From contig CM060733.1 of NCBI GenBank assembly GCA_030704615.1, positions 45,322,001 to 45,386,000 of the forward strand: DNA of 64,000 nt, given 5' to 3'. The notes under the pieces were generated by a model. It did not search any database and was not told the DNA's origin. It was given only the letters and a program-made list of their open reading frames with translations. Position 1 is the first letter of the stretch. Every line of letters starts with the position of its first letter. Positions 46,605 to 61,317 of this stretch are shown here, piece after piece. Made by a program: the position numbers and the translations under genes. This DNA comes from Takakia lepidozioides. Taxonomy: Eukaryota; Plantae; Bryophyta.

Positions 46605-49600
46605 GACAATTGGGCTTGGGATACACGACGTTGATTAATTTGGGGTTCACATGAGGTTTGGGACTCATATCAACATTTTGATCCATTTTTGGATGTGAAT
46701 GAGCAATAGGAGTGTACCTTCTGAAATTTACTGCAAAATTGACAGATGGTGGAGCTTGGACAGAATGATGAAGTTGATGAGATATAGACATCACAAGATT
46801 ATCAGATCTTGAATGAAGAGGTAGAACCCAGCCTGGAACCCGACCACCATTTGTACAACTTGCCTTGCTATCAATGGGATTTCCAAGATCGGGCCTCTGC
46901 ACTTGAGTATTGTTCTCATGATCAGAGATGAGATGGTCATCAAGCGCAACAGCCCAAGTGGTGGTATTTTGTATCATGTGCCAAATGGTGATGCTCCCTA
47001 TCCACTGCCAAGTGGTGGTGCTCTTGATGTGACAAAGAAGTACCCCCATTTGCATACACTTTATTATAAGGTCCATGAGGTTTGGTACTCATAGTAGCAT
47101 TTTCCATCCTTGGCTCAGGTATATAAGCACCAGGAGCAATATACCATCTAAAATTGGCAGATGGTGGAGCTTCAAATTGATGATCAGGATATTTGAAGAG
47201 GATGGTTTGTGATCCTAAACGATATTTCTATATTCACCAGGCAACTATGAGTTATAACGAAGTCAATACACTTTTGCAGCGGGATAGTAGCATATAGCTA
47301 ACACGGCCAGTTGCGCTTTGCCTTACCGGCTGCGGTATGATGTTTATTCTATGCATTATTGGAATAGGGAAGGACGTAGGTTGAAAATCTGTATTTCCTT
47401 AATATGCTTATAATATGAATTGAGTGTTGAGGTTGTATGTGTTCAAGTACAACATTCCAAGTGCAGTGTCTCCATTGAGTTGCAACAACACAAGTTGTAG
47501 TAGACAAACAACTTAAGTGTATGAACGATGCAATTATTTCACAATAACACACACAGAAGTGTATTCATGGAAATCATTAAATGTGTAGTGCAATCTTCTT
47601 CAATTCTTGCAGTTTCAGTTTCATTGAAAAATGTCGGCCAAAAATTTATCAAAATGAAATGGATAAATCCTACGGTTATAGGCCCAAGGTTATAACTTGC
47701 TACGGTTAGGCCCAACTCCTACGATAAATCCTACGGTTATAGTCTTATGCCGCCAATTGAAATCCCCATCCTCCCCATCACCAGGAGACTTCCCAAGCAG
47801 TGGGAGGGCGTATGCCAACAAAAATGCATGAAGGGAAGACCGGTGCCGAGAACGTTGTTTTTGCCCCATGACTGCTGAAAATCCTGGAGGAGCTTCCTCC
47901 CGCGTTGTTGTGAAGTTCTGGAAATAGCATTATCTCAGTAAGCAGCTCATGATAAACAAAATACACCTGCCCCTGGGGGTTTTCCCTCATAAATGCAAGC
48001 ACACATAGCTTTCCATAGGTTCCACAAAGCCTTGAGCCCTAAGACGGGCCAGACTGGGCAGAAGCAGAACATCTGGCCAGGCAACAAATTCAGAAAAAAC
48101 AAGGAAGTTGGTGGGCGTGTTTGGGAAAGCCCCAAACCAAAACATCCAAAAGACAATCATTTGTTGCGTCTGTTTTCAAAATACCTTAAGTTAAAACAAG
48201 TTCCACCTGAGTTGACCTTCCCAATTCCACTTTTCTCCTCCAATTTCTTTCATGTCCTTGGGCCGTAGTCATGCACTATATCTATGCATAAAAAGCCACC
48301 AATTATTACAGCCAACTAGCAATAAAAATGGGTCGTTGGAGTGTTGGTGGGTAGGTATGGACTTTCTAGTCTTTGTGAGTACGAATATGTACGTAATCGA
48401 TGAATACGTACTCATACGAATATGTATTCAACATATTCGACATTTTTGGTCGAATACGTGAGTTGCTATAACTATCAATGTCTTTTCTTCTGACAAAAAA
48501 TCGCTAGATTTCGACCTGGAGGTCAGTGGTAAATGGGTCAGCTACATGTACAAACCAATTATGGAAGGTACAAATCAAAAATTTGCCAGAAAGCACCAAC
48601 AGTTGAATATTAGGAGCCTGATTTTGTCTACTTGGACTTGTTAGAATGTGCCAGTTGCTAATCAGGCCACAGTTGCTCTTGCTACATGGGTGTTGAATAA
48701 AATTTACATATGGCCCTTTCGGCGATTTTGAAAAAATAAAAATAAAACCACTGGTAACGATCTTGTTATGTATATCACACCACATTTTCTTTGGATATAA
48801 TAATGACAATCATCTTATCATCTTATTATTAATATTGCTGAAATGAAGACACAATATACTTCGTTTCAAAATTTCAGATTTATTTTTTAAATGTTATATT
48901 TATATTTTAAAAATATATAATCCTATCTACATGGATATATGAGTTTTTGTTGATTCCATTATTTATTTACACTATGGTGACTGCTTCAATATTGTGTGTA
49001 AGATTTATTTTATACAATCTTTGCAAATGCCAAACAACAAAAAGAATACAATTATTTATTTTACAAAACAATTCATGAATATCAAAAAAATTGTGAGATT
49101 TAACCCTTAACTGCCTATGCAACCGGATACGGGTCGCGGCATATGTGAAAAAAGCCCGTCATTTATTTAGATTTTACTATTTTACTTTTGTTTTTTGGCA
49201 CTTATGTTTCTGACCAGAAGGCCCACCTTCTGGCATTCAAGGCCTTGAATTCGGATAAAAACAGCGCCTGATTTTTGGAAATTCATGGGGGCATCTATTT
49301 CCATCTTGGAGAGGTGTAAAGCCAGATTCTCGCCCACCCCCTTATTCCTCTTCCTCTACGGGTATTGAGCTATCACGGGGATGTGTGCTCGGTAAAGCAG
49401 GCTAGAGAGATAGGCAGGATCCAACGGAGAGGAGTCAGAATCATTCATACGGTTTAACAGCACATCCTCACTCACACCTTCTTCATCCAAAACACACACA
49501 CACGTACACTAGGGTTTACACACCAAACGTACACCGCCGCCTTACGCGTCGTGTTTATCTCTTTTATAAGCGAAGGCCCACAATCTCATCTAACGAAGTG

Positions 49601-51929
49601 ACAAAGCCCTGATTGGTTATTTGGATTCCATCCGGGTGTCTGTCCAGATAGGACGCCACCTCATTCTATTTTAGAGATAAACTAGCTGTTAATATAAGAC
49701 AATATTTAGTTTAAAAATAGATTGTTTCCAGCTGGTTTCATCCAAGCCCTTTTCCAACGGTCATCATCCAACGTCTGTTCATCCAAATGTCGAAAAGGTA
49801 GGTAGAAGGAATCTAGCCATTACAGAGGGGGCATGCATAGTTGACCAGCTGCGTGGCCTCTTTCCATTGCGCATGCACAACCGGGCTGTCATGCCGGAGG
49901 TGGCCATGAGGACCTGTCCACCACCGTGACGCGAAGGTAGCTTGGCGTGGCAGCCCCATAGAGGGTGCAAGAGATTTAGTTGACGTGACCCTAAAGAAAT
50001 TGCCGGAATCTTCTGCTGGTGTAGGTAATTCCTAGCCTGAATGGTCCAAAACTTCCTTGTCTAACTTTTGCCCGACTTTTTCCTTATTTCACCAGTGGAT
50101 TTCTTAGAAAATTAGGCAGCATGATATTCTGCATATAACATTGTCACCGCGGCGATTTCCAAAATACATTCTTTTTCTTGGTCCTAAATTTTGGGTGTCC
50201 ATTTTGGAGTTCAAGCATATTCATGGCTTTTGAAACCCCCCCACTTCATGTACAAAGGGGCATTTAGAAAATTTGGAAACTTCGCCTCCAAAATTTCTTG
50301 AGACCCCTGTAACAAGTTGAGAAATGTGGATATGTCACTTTCATAGGCAGCAAAAATCAACCCGTCAGTCCATTTCTCTGGTAAAACCCCCAAAAAAGAT
50401 TTTAAAATACTTTGAAAAAAGTTCCCATTCGGCCCTTCCATCGGTTTTTTTCCCACAAAAAAAAAACATTATAATCCTCCCAAATCTATGGTGAAATTCT
50501 CCAAAATTAGGTAGGTGGATGTATGTGGTAGGTAGGTTCACTTATGTAAGGTTCACTTTTCTGGATGTAAGTAGACAGGTAAATAGATAAGTGAATCTTG
50601 ATAAAAGAAAAAGCTATACTTCGGGCAGCATGAGTTTTAAACTTTAAAAAAAAAAAAAAGGAAACTTAAACTTTGTAATCTCATCAGGTCGGATTATTGT
50701 CTCGATTTCATATTTAATTTTTTTGAATATTTATAATTTTTATTCCAATAAAATCCTCTAGCCTTTCAAGTTTGTAATTAGACCTGATTGGACCGGTTGG
50801 GAACACTTGTGCCAACATCCACCGAACAGCTGTAACCCAAGTCCTCTTGATTCCATTATTTTGGGATGTAGGCTGCCACACGGCGCTCGGCAGTCGTCTG
50901 GTCAGCCAAACCGGTGACCCGCCTGCTTTCCCCGAACGTGCAGCGAGTCATACGCCAGCGCAGCAGCAACATTATAATTGCAAACGATATGGGATAATGA
51001 TGTCTTTGCAATAAACTTAGTAATACCATTTTGTCCATCTACTTATATAAATCCAGCTGAACAAAATCAAAAGTTTATCGGCAATATAAACCATCATACA
51101 TATACATTACTATGATAGTACATTGAAAAAGGACAAAAATGAATGTTCAATGAATATTCTATCCATGCGACTCAAGCACCGCGTGCAGATTCGGGCCACA
51201 CAGTATAGCCATATTATTATTATTTATATATTTTAAAACAAACTATTGGCGACGCACAGTAGCCGTATATATAGCCAAAAACATTGTTTTGTATAATAGT
51301 AATAATATAATCCTGAGGTCAAGAAAAGAGCCAATCGTCGGTCCTATATTCTGGTGGTGACGACTTGGCAGGTCCACTATTGGGTGGTCGCCAGAAAGGC
51401 GAGTACTAGTGGCGATAGCGAGGGGCAGCAATCGCCAGTAGTGTGAGGGGATGGCAGGCGGGGTAGGGCGTGGACCGTGTCTGCGCTGCCTGCTGCTGCT
51501 GTGCAGGTGCTGCATCCGATCGGCAATGCCTTCATGAATCATGACCAGTCTGCCATTGTTCTTGTTCTTGTTCTTGTCGAGGCCAAGACTTTGACGGTGC
51601 TGTGCGTCTTTCGTTGAATTTGTGTTCCCGGAGATACAGGAAGCAATAAAGCAATAAAGCAATAAAGCGGTTGCTTGGAGGGATTGTGGTAATCGGTCAG
51701 GGTATGTATTGGATGCAGACGCTTATCTGTGTGGATCTTGGTGGAAGATGATCCACGGGTGGAGAGGTATTAGCAAGGAAGGTGTGTTTGGAGGTTGGAG
51801 CAGGAGCGCCTTCAACCTTTGATCTTGTTGTGGAGAGGGAGATCGTGAACAGAGAAGAAGCGCAAGGACGGGGACGGGGACGGGGAGGTGAACATTTTGT
51901 GGCATTAGTGGGAGAGACCAGTAGGGCGG

Positions 51930-54900
51930 ATGGCCCGGAAACCAAGAAAAAGGTTGGGGACTCAAAGGCTTGCGGATACGAACGATGTTGCAGATGAGAA
52001 CGGGGAAGACCTTCCGCGGTTGCCTCCGCCACGATATGAGCCTCTCCCCTCTCCTGAAAAATCCACTGGTCAGGACAGGCCCGTCCGCGTGTATGCTGAT
52101 GGTATCTACGATCTTTTTCATTTTGGCCATGCTCGCTCGCTTGAGCAAGCAAAGAAGCTGTGAGCACCTAATCTCTCCCACGTCAAATTTCCCGGGACGT
52201 AGGTGTAAACCTTCCTCCCCTTCTCAACTCTTATGCCGCTCCCTTTCTCCTGTTGGCTCTTGAAGTCTTGCGAAGCGTCTGATTGCGATGCAAGTTAGTT
52301 TGCATTTGAGTGCGATCATTTGTCCGATTTCTATTCGTTTTGAGAGAGTTTTTCCAATTCATTTGAATGGAGACCTATGTGCGTCTTCTTTTCTTCTATG
52401 AAGAAATTTCCTGGAGATGGTCTTTTGGTCAAATTCATGCATCCAGGGGCTGTGTGAACGTTCAAGTATGTGTTCTGTCGTAAGAGTCTTAAAGCCTGAG
52501 ATTGAAAGTTTCTGGAAGAGGAGACCCAATCACTTTCGTTTGTTTCCAGCTCTGCATTTCTGTCCTTCTTCTTCCGATCTGTATTCGCAACATCTTGCAT
52601 TGTGAGCTTTGTCTTTTACAATGGCTGAATTTGAAGTCAAATTTTATGATGTTTACTCATCCTTTGTCGTTATGTTTGCATGCAGCGTGAGAAGCTTGTA
52701 GGGTAGGGAAATGTCATTCTTGCCATCTTCGTAGGTTAGCCCGGCATTGCAATTTTGGTTTTCTATGCAGCAGTCTCCGTTTCACAGTTATTGGGTGGTC
52801 CAAGTTCATAGCTGAGCTGGTATTCTATTTTGCTCTGAAAAACCTTTCTGGTAGAGGTGGAATATTGGAGGCAAAGGAGGATGCTTGTTGTTTGACTATC
52901 ATTGTGTCTGCAGGTTTCCCAACACGTACCTTTTGGTAGGATGCTGCAGTGATGCGCTCACACACAAGTATAAGGGAAAGACAGTGATGAACGAGGCTGA
53001 ACGCTACGAGTCACTGCGGCATTGCAAGTCAGTTTCCCTCTGCTTTTACATGCCTTACTTCAGCAAGCTACTTGTCTGCTGAATCAAGGGTAGTCCTGAT
53101 CAAGCTGTCTTCAACTTTGTAGGGTTTGGGGGCAAGTTTCATAGTATCTCACCATATTGTTAGCTTACCTGGGTGGCAATGGATGGGTGGGACCTAGCCT
53201 CATATGTGTTAAGAGGCTTGGCTTCAGTTCTTTGTTTTAGGGTTTACTGATGTATACAATGTACAGGCATTTTAGCTGAAGAATAAGAAAAATCAGCAGG
53301 CCTAATTAAACAGTCTAGGTGTGGGAGCCAGCGTGTGGGCTTCAGAAGCACCTCCAAATGGGATGCACCAAATGAAGTAGACTGTAATTGCTGATTGTGA
53401 TCTTGTTCGTTATAAGTTACTGTAACATTGTGGTGGTATCAAATGTGCAAATAAAATGGCTGGATATCTGAGCTAGTGACCTTAATGGTCAAGGAGACGA
53501 TGTCTGCCATGATTGTCTGTAAAGACTGTCTTTGACCTGAAAATACAATTTTTGGGCTGATGGCATGGCAGGTGGGTGGACGAGGTTGTAGAAGATGCAC
53601 CATGGGTGATAAGCTCAGAGTTTCTTGACAAGCATGACATTGACTATGTGGCGCATGATGCTCTTCCGTACGTAGGCTTGATTCATCCCATACCCACCTT
53701 AGTAGTCAACAACTTCTAGGTTTACTGTCGGATGTTTCAACCACAGTTGCTATATGTTGCCTCTTGGTGGGGGTATACTTTTAGCAGTATATGGCCAGTC
53801 ACAAGTGCTTCAAGTCAGGGAGTCTTGATAGTGTAACACGACTGGGTACAGATTCTGAACCCCGAGGAACACATACGTTCCTTGCTGGGCAGGCCATTGT
53901 GTGGTCTTCCTGTACTAAGGATTTCATACATTTGCTCCCCCACAAGTGTTCGAAGAAATTGAAGCTAGTCTTGCCAAGAGTCAGCAGGCTTGAGTGAGAT
54001 TGTAGTTGTATGTGTCAAGAATTTTTTGGGGCCATATATTTGAGAGACACAGATCATAGCTGTGGTTGTAAGCTTAGGGAGACGAAACAGTTTCTAGTGT
54101 ATGTCATTGCAGTTGTTGAGCATCGACAGAGTGTTGTGTTTTTGGGGGGTCTTGTTGGCAGGTATGCCGATGCAAGCGGGGCTGGCAAGGATGTCTATGA
54201 ATTTGTTCGTCCCCCATCCTCCACTTTTTGCTCCTATTGTTGTGTGCATCCGTTTCAAGAACTTCTAGATGATTCAATCCTTCATTTATCAGATAATCGT
54301 CATAGTTCTCTACTTTATTGATCACAGGACTGTTGACTTGCTAGCTAACAATGTGAGGAAATGACTTGAGAGTTTCTGCATTCTTCAGGTGAAAGCTGCA
54401 GGGAGGTTCAAGGAGACAAGGCGGACAGCTGGGATATCAACTTCAGATTTAATTATGCGAATAGTGAAGGATTATAATGAGTATGTGATGCGCAATTTGG
54501 CTCGTGGCTATACTCGGAAGGAGCTGGGTGTCAGTTATGTCAAGGTCACCCACCCCCGCCTTTGCCGTATCCTTTTCATTTAGATTAGTTTGAAAAAGCC
54601 CACAGTGATTGGAAATATTAGAGCCATGACAGTTCTTCCCACTTATTTTGTGCTATCCTGTAATTGCAGGAGAAACAGTTGAGGGTGAACATGGGCATCA
54701 GCAAGCTTCGACAAAAAGTGAAGGAGCAGCAGGAGCGTGTTGGTCGGAAGGTATGAGAAATAACTTGTCAATCACCACCCGTCAGTGTGTGCGTCATGTT
54801 GTTAGGTCTGTACACATTTGTTGTATTGAATTGTTGAAGTGGGTGGCTTGGATAAATAATGGTGTTAATGTTTGACCTCTTCAGTGAGTGCAATGGACAT

Positions 54901-55580
54901 ATACACCCAGTTGTCGTGTTCAAAACCAGGTCATATGGGCATATACTAACAAATTGAATGCAGTGAGCTTTGTGCTTTATTCATGGATGTTGCATTGTCT
55001 GTTTGGTACGCTTTCAGCTCAACACCGTGGCAAGAACAGCAGGCCTTCACCACAGTGAGTGGGTGGAGAACGCTGACCGCTGGGTCAGTGGCTTCCTAGA
55101 GAAGTTTGAGGAAAGTTTCCATTTCATGGTAAGATTTGAATCCTCTGCTTGTTGTATCATCTGACTCTTGCCAGACATGCTAGGGTCATGTTTGAAGTTT
55201 GCTGAGATAGTTTGTTTATCTGACTAGTTTCTCGCAGAAATTGAGCTCTGGACCAAGGTAAGAATTCCAAGTCATATAATTGCTTCCATATTTGATTTTT
55301 CAACACTCCAGTTTAGTAGTTTAAAGAGCAGTTTTCATGGAGAGTTGGAAGCAGCTGGGACAGGTCATTATGAACCCACAGTAACTGCATTGCAAATTGG
55401 CCACTTCAGGAGAAAGCAATTAAAATGCAAATTCAGAAGGGACTAATGAGGCCACAGCTGAAGAAGCGATCCAACAAGCTGTTGGCTAATGGGGAATCGA
55501 GATTGGTGGGAAAGGCAACTGAGGGTGTTCATAAGAAAGGCTTGGTGATGAAGGCTGACGAGCTGGCATCTCTGTCATGA
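51930..55580 (+). CDS. CCT: Choline-phosphate cytidylyltransferase (CCT)
   Basis: Exons 51930-52159, 52914-53027, 53572-53667, 54162-54204, 54389-54544, 54670-54750, 55018-55128, 55410-55580, all GT-AG and in phase. Motifs [27 protein letters not shown] (HxGH), [37 protein letters not shown]. Confidence 0.95.
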
Positions 55581-56069
55581 GGGGTGGAGCGATGTGATGT
55601 CATCCAGAGCATGAGGGTGACTGACAAGTGGATGCAGAGTCACTTCTGGGCTTATGAGTACAGCGATGGTTCTTTTAGCTTCTTGCAAGAGATTCTTTTG
55701 TGCCAGAAATAGTAGAGTATGCCTGCTAATCCTGGTGTTATTCACTTGTGTCCCTTAGTGCCACGGCAGAAATTTCCCCCCTCAGTAGACGTTCTAAGTC
55801 TTGTATTCTGCTGCCTCTACTTGGGCAGCTGCAAGTGGCAAAGGATGAGAGTATGGGTGAATTAATGTGTCACCTTTATGCCCGGAATAAAGGGCTCGGC
55901 TGTTCTTTTTGTTTGACTACCTTGCATGAACTGTTGAAAAGCTCTCCAGAGGATCACAATTAGTTGGACCAGAAAAGAAGTTGCACCGCAGCATGGTTTG
56001 AGCCTCTGCCACTCTGAATTGTGATTGGAGGGAAAACCCTGTAGTCAGGAATCAGTGTGGATGGTGCTA

Positions 56070-57330
56070 AATATCTGAATTCATGGAGCCATGTGCGGTG
56101 ACCTCTAACTTCTTACCCCGCATAAGTGGAATCCAAAACCCTCTATGGGAGTGACTGCAAGAGGTGTCTGGCATGGGATGGTTGATTTGGACAACTGAAG
56201 TTGCTTTCCTGCACACCATGGCAGGGAGAGCAAAGGGTCCCCTTTGTGGCACCATCGGAGAGTTGTCAGCTATCACTATTCCTTTGCATTCAGATTCTGT
56301 AACTCTCATGAATTTCCTCTCCGTCTCATTACACAAACGACACTTGTATCAAAGTAGTTAGCTGCAGACAGCAGCAAAGGTCTCCAGTGCTCGAAATGTC
56401 CAAACATACATCAGCTGCCATTGTGTCTGCAAAGACGAACCGGGGCTCCTTGCAGGGTAAACTTGAAGCTGTAAAATTGAGACGCACATCCCCTCTTCGG
56501 CCATTGCTCCTAGTATCCAATCAAGCCTCTTTGCGAGTTCCAACAGAACATCTGCCCCGGAAGGTTCAGAAACAGCACCACATGGCCTGCTCTGAAAAGC
56601 ATTCCTTCCTGAGCTCTTTCATCCCCATAAGGAAGTTTATCATTTGGTTCTTGCTCTTTAAAACCTGAGTCCAGTTGTTCAACAGTTGGCATGTCCTCGC
56701 CATTTGTCACTATGCCTTGCTAGAGCTCGACCTTGAACTTGATGCTGATGTCAGAGTTGAGTAAGCAATGAAGAGAACTAAAGGCCGTCGGTGCTAAGAC
56801 TTCATGGAGAATCTCTACAGCTGTTTGAGACATGGCAGGGTCACTGCTAGGTGCAAGCTGCAGCGCCAAGACCTTTGAGACACAAGCTATCATGCATTTA
56901 CAACTGCTTGCTGGGGGTAGCAGCAAGACACGCCTCCAGCATTGGAGAAAGAATTTAACTAAAACACACAGTTTCCTATAGTTGTTATCTCTTGGAAAAC
57001 TGGAGAAATCGGGTTTACTGCACCGTCGGGAGTGAACACACATCCCTATAATCTGTAAAGATGGAAGAGCACTAATAAGCTTGCAGGACTGATAGGCAAG
57101 TATACAGTCTCCATGCAATCATACGGATAATCAGTTTCTCCACTGCATGCAGAGATAGAGTGTATACGAGCAAACAAAAAGGAGAGTTTGAGCTGCCTCC
57201 CAGGTTGGCGAAAGGTTTTGTTCACCCAATTGCATCTGGCACGATCTTTGGCATCGGAAATTCGTTTAAGGATATCATCCACTACATTTGATGGCAACTG
57301 CGCATACAAATTTCCAACATTTTCATCTTG
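56070..57330 (-). pseudogene. Decayed F-box gene
   Basis: N-terminal LYAQLPSNVVDDILKRISDAKDRARCNWVNKTF is F-box-like; downstream coding-like sequence is broken into several frames. 3' boundary approximate. Confidence 0.5.
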
Positions 57331-59561
57331 GACCTTATGCGACCCCGAACCATTCCACTACAGAAACCAGTCCCTCTCTTTGAAACACCATTCCAAGAAA
57401 AATATCTGTGTGTGCCACCAGCCCGGGATGCAAGCTCAGCATTGGATGAGGGGGGAAAGCACAGTCCAAGCATCTGCAATCTCAGAATATGACTAACACA
57501 AACGAACCAACATTTTGCAGCCTCCCAGCATTAAAGGCTTTACGAAAGTATCCACCCTTCCCTGGGGATTGTCCACTAGCATGAAAGTCAAATTAAAACA
57601 GAGGCAGTATGAACCACAAGTAGGGTTTGCCCCTGATGACCACTTCACCCGATTGCTAGGGCTGGAACGAACTGATCAGATGGCACCTCCGAAGGGACTC
57701 TGAGATGCTATACTCTCACTGCTATTTCCTTATGGAGTGGTTGGATTGCTTTTATCTCACCGAACCTCATGCTGTCTGCTTTAGTTTCAGTCGCCTCAGG
57801 CTTCAGCTGGAGTCCTCTCTCTGTCGCTCTTCAGTCTTTATCAAAGTCGAATTCTCCTGGGGAGAACACATCCCTTGAGAATGCCATGGAACTTGACCTG
57901 GTTCTTCCGGTGGCGTTGCACAACTGGTCTCAAAGGCATTCCAGCCTCAACACAGACCCACCCGTTCAGGCATTTTCTAATCACTTGGTTTACGTCCTTC
58001 GCTGACTACCTATATGCTTCTTCGACCAATTAGATCAGTTTCTGCTGAATAGTATAAAGGACAATATAAGCCCGGTGCATAACCAAACGGCAAATTGTTT
58101 CATACTTTTACCTTTCGATGGCATCCTGAAGGCTTGGTAGGCGCCATAGTCACCGCCGCGGGTTTCCTTCATCGAGAAGAAGAATCCGGCCGCACGCAAA
58201 CTCTTCGACAAAGTAGACAGGGAGGAACTGGGCTGGAACCACCTTTATAATACTGAAGGCCAGAGCATAAATCCACATTGACTGGATCGGAGTGGCCAGG
58301 CATGAGATTCATGGCAATTCATGCTAATCTCATGTACCGTTGTGGGTTTACCCCCAACAGCCTTCTCCAAAAGAGTTAGGGTCGCTGGGGATGATCACGG
58401 AGTACATTCTATCTCTCCCTTGTCTGTAGACCTGTTGTGACTAAGTACCTCAAGATGTTCCATGCCTAATTTTCAGGAAGACTCCATGGTTTCTAGTATG
58501 ATATCACTGGCCAGCTCTGGATTGACACCGGACGGAAAGAATTTTGTAAAGCACAAGGGTCAGCGGGGAAGATGGGAAGATAATAGAAATGAGGTAAGAA
58601 CTTAATGCACACCTGCAACCTCAACCTCTGACAGGACAGTACGTCGGTTTCTGGACGTACTGTCCCACCCTCTCTTGAGAGTGACATGGAATTGAAGGTG
58701 TGTAAACTCGAGTCTGGGTAACACAATGGAGAGTGTAAACTCCAGTTGGGGTTACTCTGGGTTACACAACGGGGAGTGTGACTCCACTTAGGGTTACACA
58801 GGATGGCGTGGAACTCACACTTAGGGTTAGTCACACTTGGTCTTGAAATTTGATCAAGTCCAAATTTTGGCTAAGTTTAAAATGGACTAGGAAGAGTTAC
58901 ATGAGAGACCAGGATTACAAAGGGTTACACCGATTGGGATACCGGTACCCAGATTACATTACAATAGCCTCTCATCATGAATCGAACCCAGAATCTCTGC
59001 AGGGCAATCACCTCATGTGCTTTTAAATGTTTACTTTGTCTTTCCCAATATGAATCAAAGAAGATCGATGTAAGTGCATATATCATTACTTTAATTGCTC
59101 TGAAAAAAAGATTAAGAATGTGAGCAGCAAAATTGTGGTCTTTATACAAAGAGTTTCATTTCACTATTGCCTGATAAGATAATTGTGAACAACTAATTTT
59201 TCGACGAGGAAGGAACGAATAGTGACATGATTTTTTATGTATTATGATGAGATCGTATAAAGCAGTCATGATCATTTATGTCTAATTTACATTAGACGGA
59301 ACATTGATTATACTACCACGGAGTCCCTATTGTCTATATCATTGTAATTGATATATTTGTGCAAAAATGATACGTGGAGCTATTAGTAGACTTTCTTCTA
59401 GTTGGCTTAATTTTTAAACAGAAGTTGTGAATTTATTGAGTGGTATTTCGCGAGGAACTTGGCACTTTGGAATTTCATCCTTAGCACTTTACAACTCCGT
59501 CATAAAAATATTTTGTTCATTTGTGACATTTGATATTTCAGTTCATGTCAAATTATAAATA

Positions 59562-61317
59562 CTAGGGTAGCCTGTGCCGTTGGCCCAAGTGTGCAGTGGC
59601 ATCTAAGTCCAAGTGCAATCCCATATGTATCCAAGTGCGTCTCCTATGTCGAGGCCCATCTAAGCCCTAGTGCAATCTTCTATTCACGTATCCAAGTACA
59701 TCTCCCATGTAGAGGCCCAAGTGTCCAATGTCATCTAAGTCTAAGCATTTTTTTTGCACAGAGCCTACGACCAGATTTGAACCGGAGACCTTTTCCTTGA
59801 TATATCTCCTGTCGAGGCTCCAACCATTGTAGGAGAGCCCACTTTGCTATTTTTCCCGAATTTTCAACCACCCAAAGTACTTGAAATTCCACATCTCCCA
59901 CACCGCAAGTCCAAAAATCATGTGACCAAGTCCGTGTACCCCTTCCTCACCGAGGGCTTTCCAACAGAACCAAGCACTCAGGGTGGGGCCCGCAGTTTGA
60001 GACATCTCAAATCTACAAAACAAAACAAACAAATGAAAACAAAACAAAAGTCTCGATTTATATGAAGTAGCGTTTTTTTTTTGGGCGAATTTTCTCCAAA
60101 TGGCGACCTCAAAAAATAGAAAAGAATATTCCGTAGCAAATTCCATGTTTTTTCATGGATGAAATCGCCAAATTTCTCAAAAAAAAAATAAAAAAATGAT
60201 GAATTTGCCAAATATGGATGATATGAATGGATGAAATTATGGATGTGGATGATTCTGTCCTAATTTGAATGGATGAACAGAATATATGCCTAATCTCTGC
60301 AAAACTCTGTAGCCACTCGTGCTATTTTCCGAATTAAAAAAAAAAAACTCTGATATGAATCCATCTAGTTTGTTTGTTTTGTTTTGCTTATTACTACTCA
60401 ATAAATTCATGGAAAAGATTAAACTGGATTTTTCAATATATGAAGCAAGGTAGTTTGGAGTATTTTTCACGAATTTCTTATTTCTTTTCGTGCTATTTTT
60501 GCAATCTCCCTTGTCGAGGCTTCATATGTTGATATATCCACTTTGTTGTTTTTCATGAATATCCAGCGACCAAAAGCACTTGAAATTCCAAATCTGCCAC
60601 CTGATGGGCCAATCATAGCTCCAGGAAAGCCCACTTTGCTATTTTTTTTTTCGAATTTCCAACGACCCAAAGCACTTGAAATTCTATATCTCCCACACCG
60701 CCAGTCCAAAAATCATGAGACCAAGCCGGTGCACCCCTCCTCATCGAGGCTTTCCAACGGCACCAAGCACCAGGCTGGGGCCCCACGGATTGGGAGATCT
60801 CAACGTTGCTACAAAACAAAACAAACGTCTCGTTCCATATCAATATATGAAGCGAGACTTTTGTTTTGTTTTGTTTTGTAGCATCGTTGAGATCTCCCAA
60901 ACCGCAGGGGCCAGGCGCGGGTGCTTGGTGCCGTTGGAAAGCCCTCAACGAGGAGGGGTGCACCGGCTTGGTCTCAGGATTTTTGGACAAGCGGTGTGGG
61001 AGATGTGGAATTCCAAGTACTTTTGGTCGTTGGAAATTCACAAAAAATAGCAAAATGGCAAAGTGGGTATTCTTGTGACAATGGTTGGAGCCTCGACGGG
61101 AGAGATATCAACGGAAAGGTCTCTAGTTCAAATCTGGTCGTAGGCTCTGTGGGAAAAAACTTACTTAGATGACATTGGACACTTGGACCAACGGCAAAGG
61201 CTCCCCTAGAGGTTGCATTTGGGCCTCGACATAGGAGACGCACTTTGATACATAGGGGATTGCGATTGGACTTAGATGACACTGGACACTTGGGCCAACG
61301 GCACAGGCTACCCTAGT
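59562..61317. mobile_element. Inverted pair (plus internal partial copy) of a ~500-bp non-autonomous repeat with Helitron-like 3' ends
   Basis: 59558-~60065 is the reverse complement of ~60834-61320. Both outer ends read CTTGGGCC-AAC-GGCACAGG (imperfect hairpin)-CTACC-CTAG|T. The inner end of the right copy starts TCCATATCAATATATGAAG. A third copy at ~60630-60831 is inverted to 60852-61065. Confidence 0.65.

Noticed and set aside
46414-47076. 220-aa minus-strand ORF as a real gene
   Set aside because: It crosses an inversion of its own repeat and looks like a chance fusion of rearranged fragments.
47660-48460. Short repeat tracts (CCTACGGTTATAG; TACGAATATGTA)
   Set aside because: Look like decayed TE subterminal or MITE sequence with no definable ends.
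49100-50640. Possible piggyBac-like element starting TTAA|CCCTTAACTGCC
   Set aside because: Only a weak partner end (GGCAGCATGAGTT|TTAA near 50624-50640) and no transposase; cannot be supported.
58690-58840. Interstitial telomere repeat (TTAGGGTTA)
   Set aside because: Only isolated units inside a longer degenerate GGGTTACAC/GAGTGT repeat; more like TE subterminal repeats.
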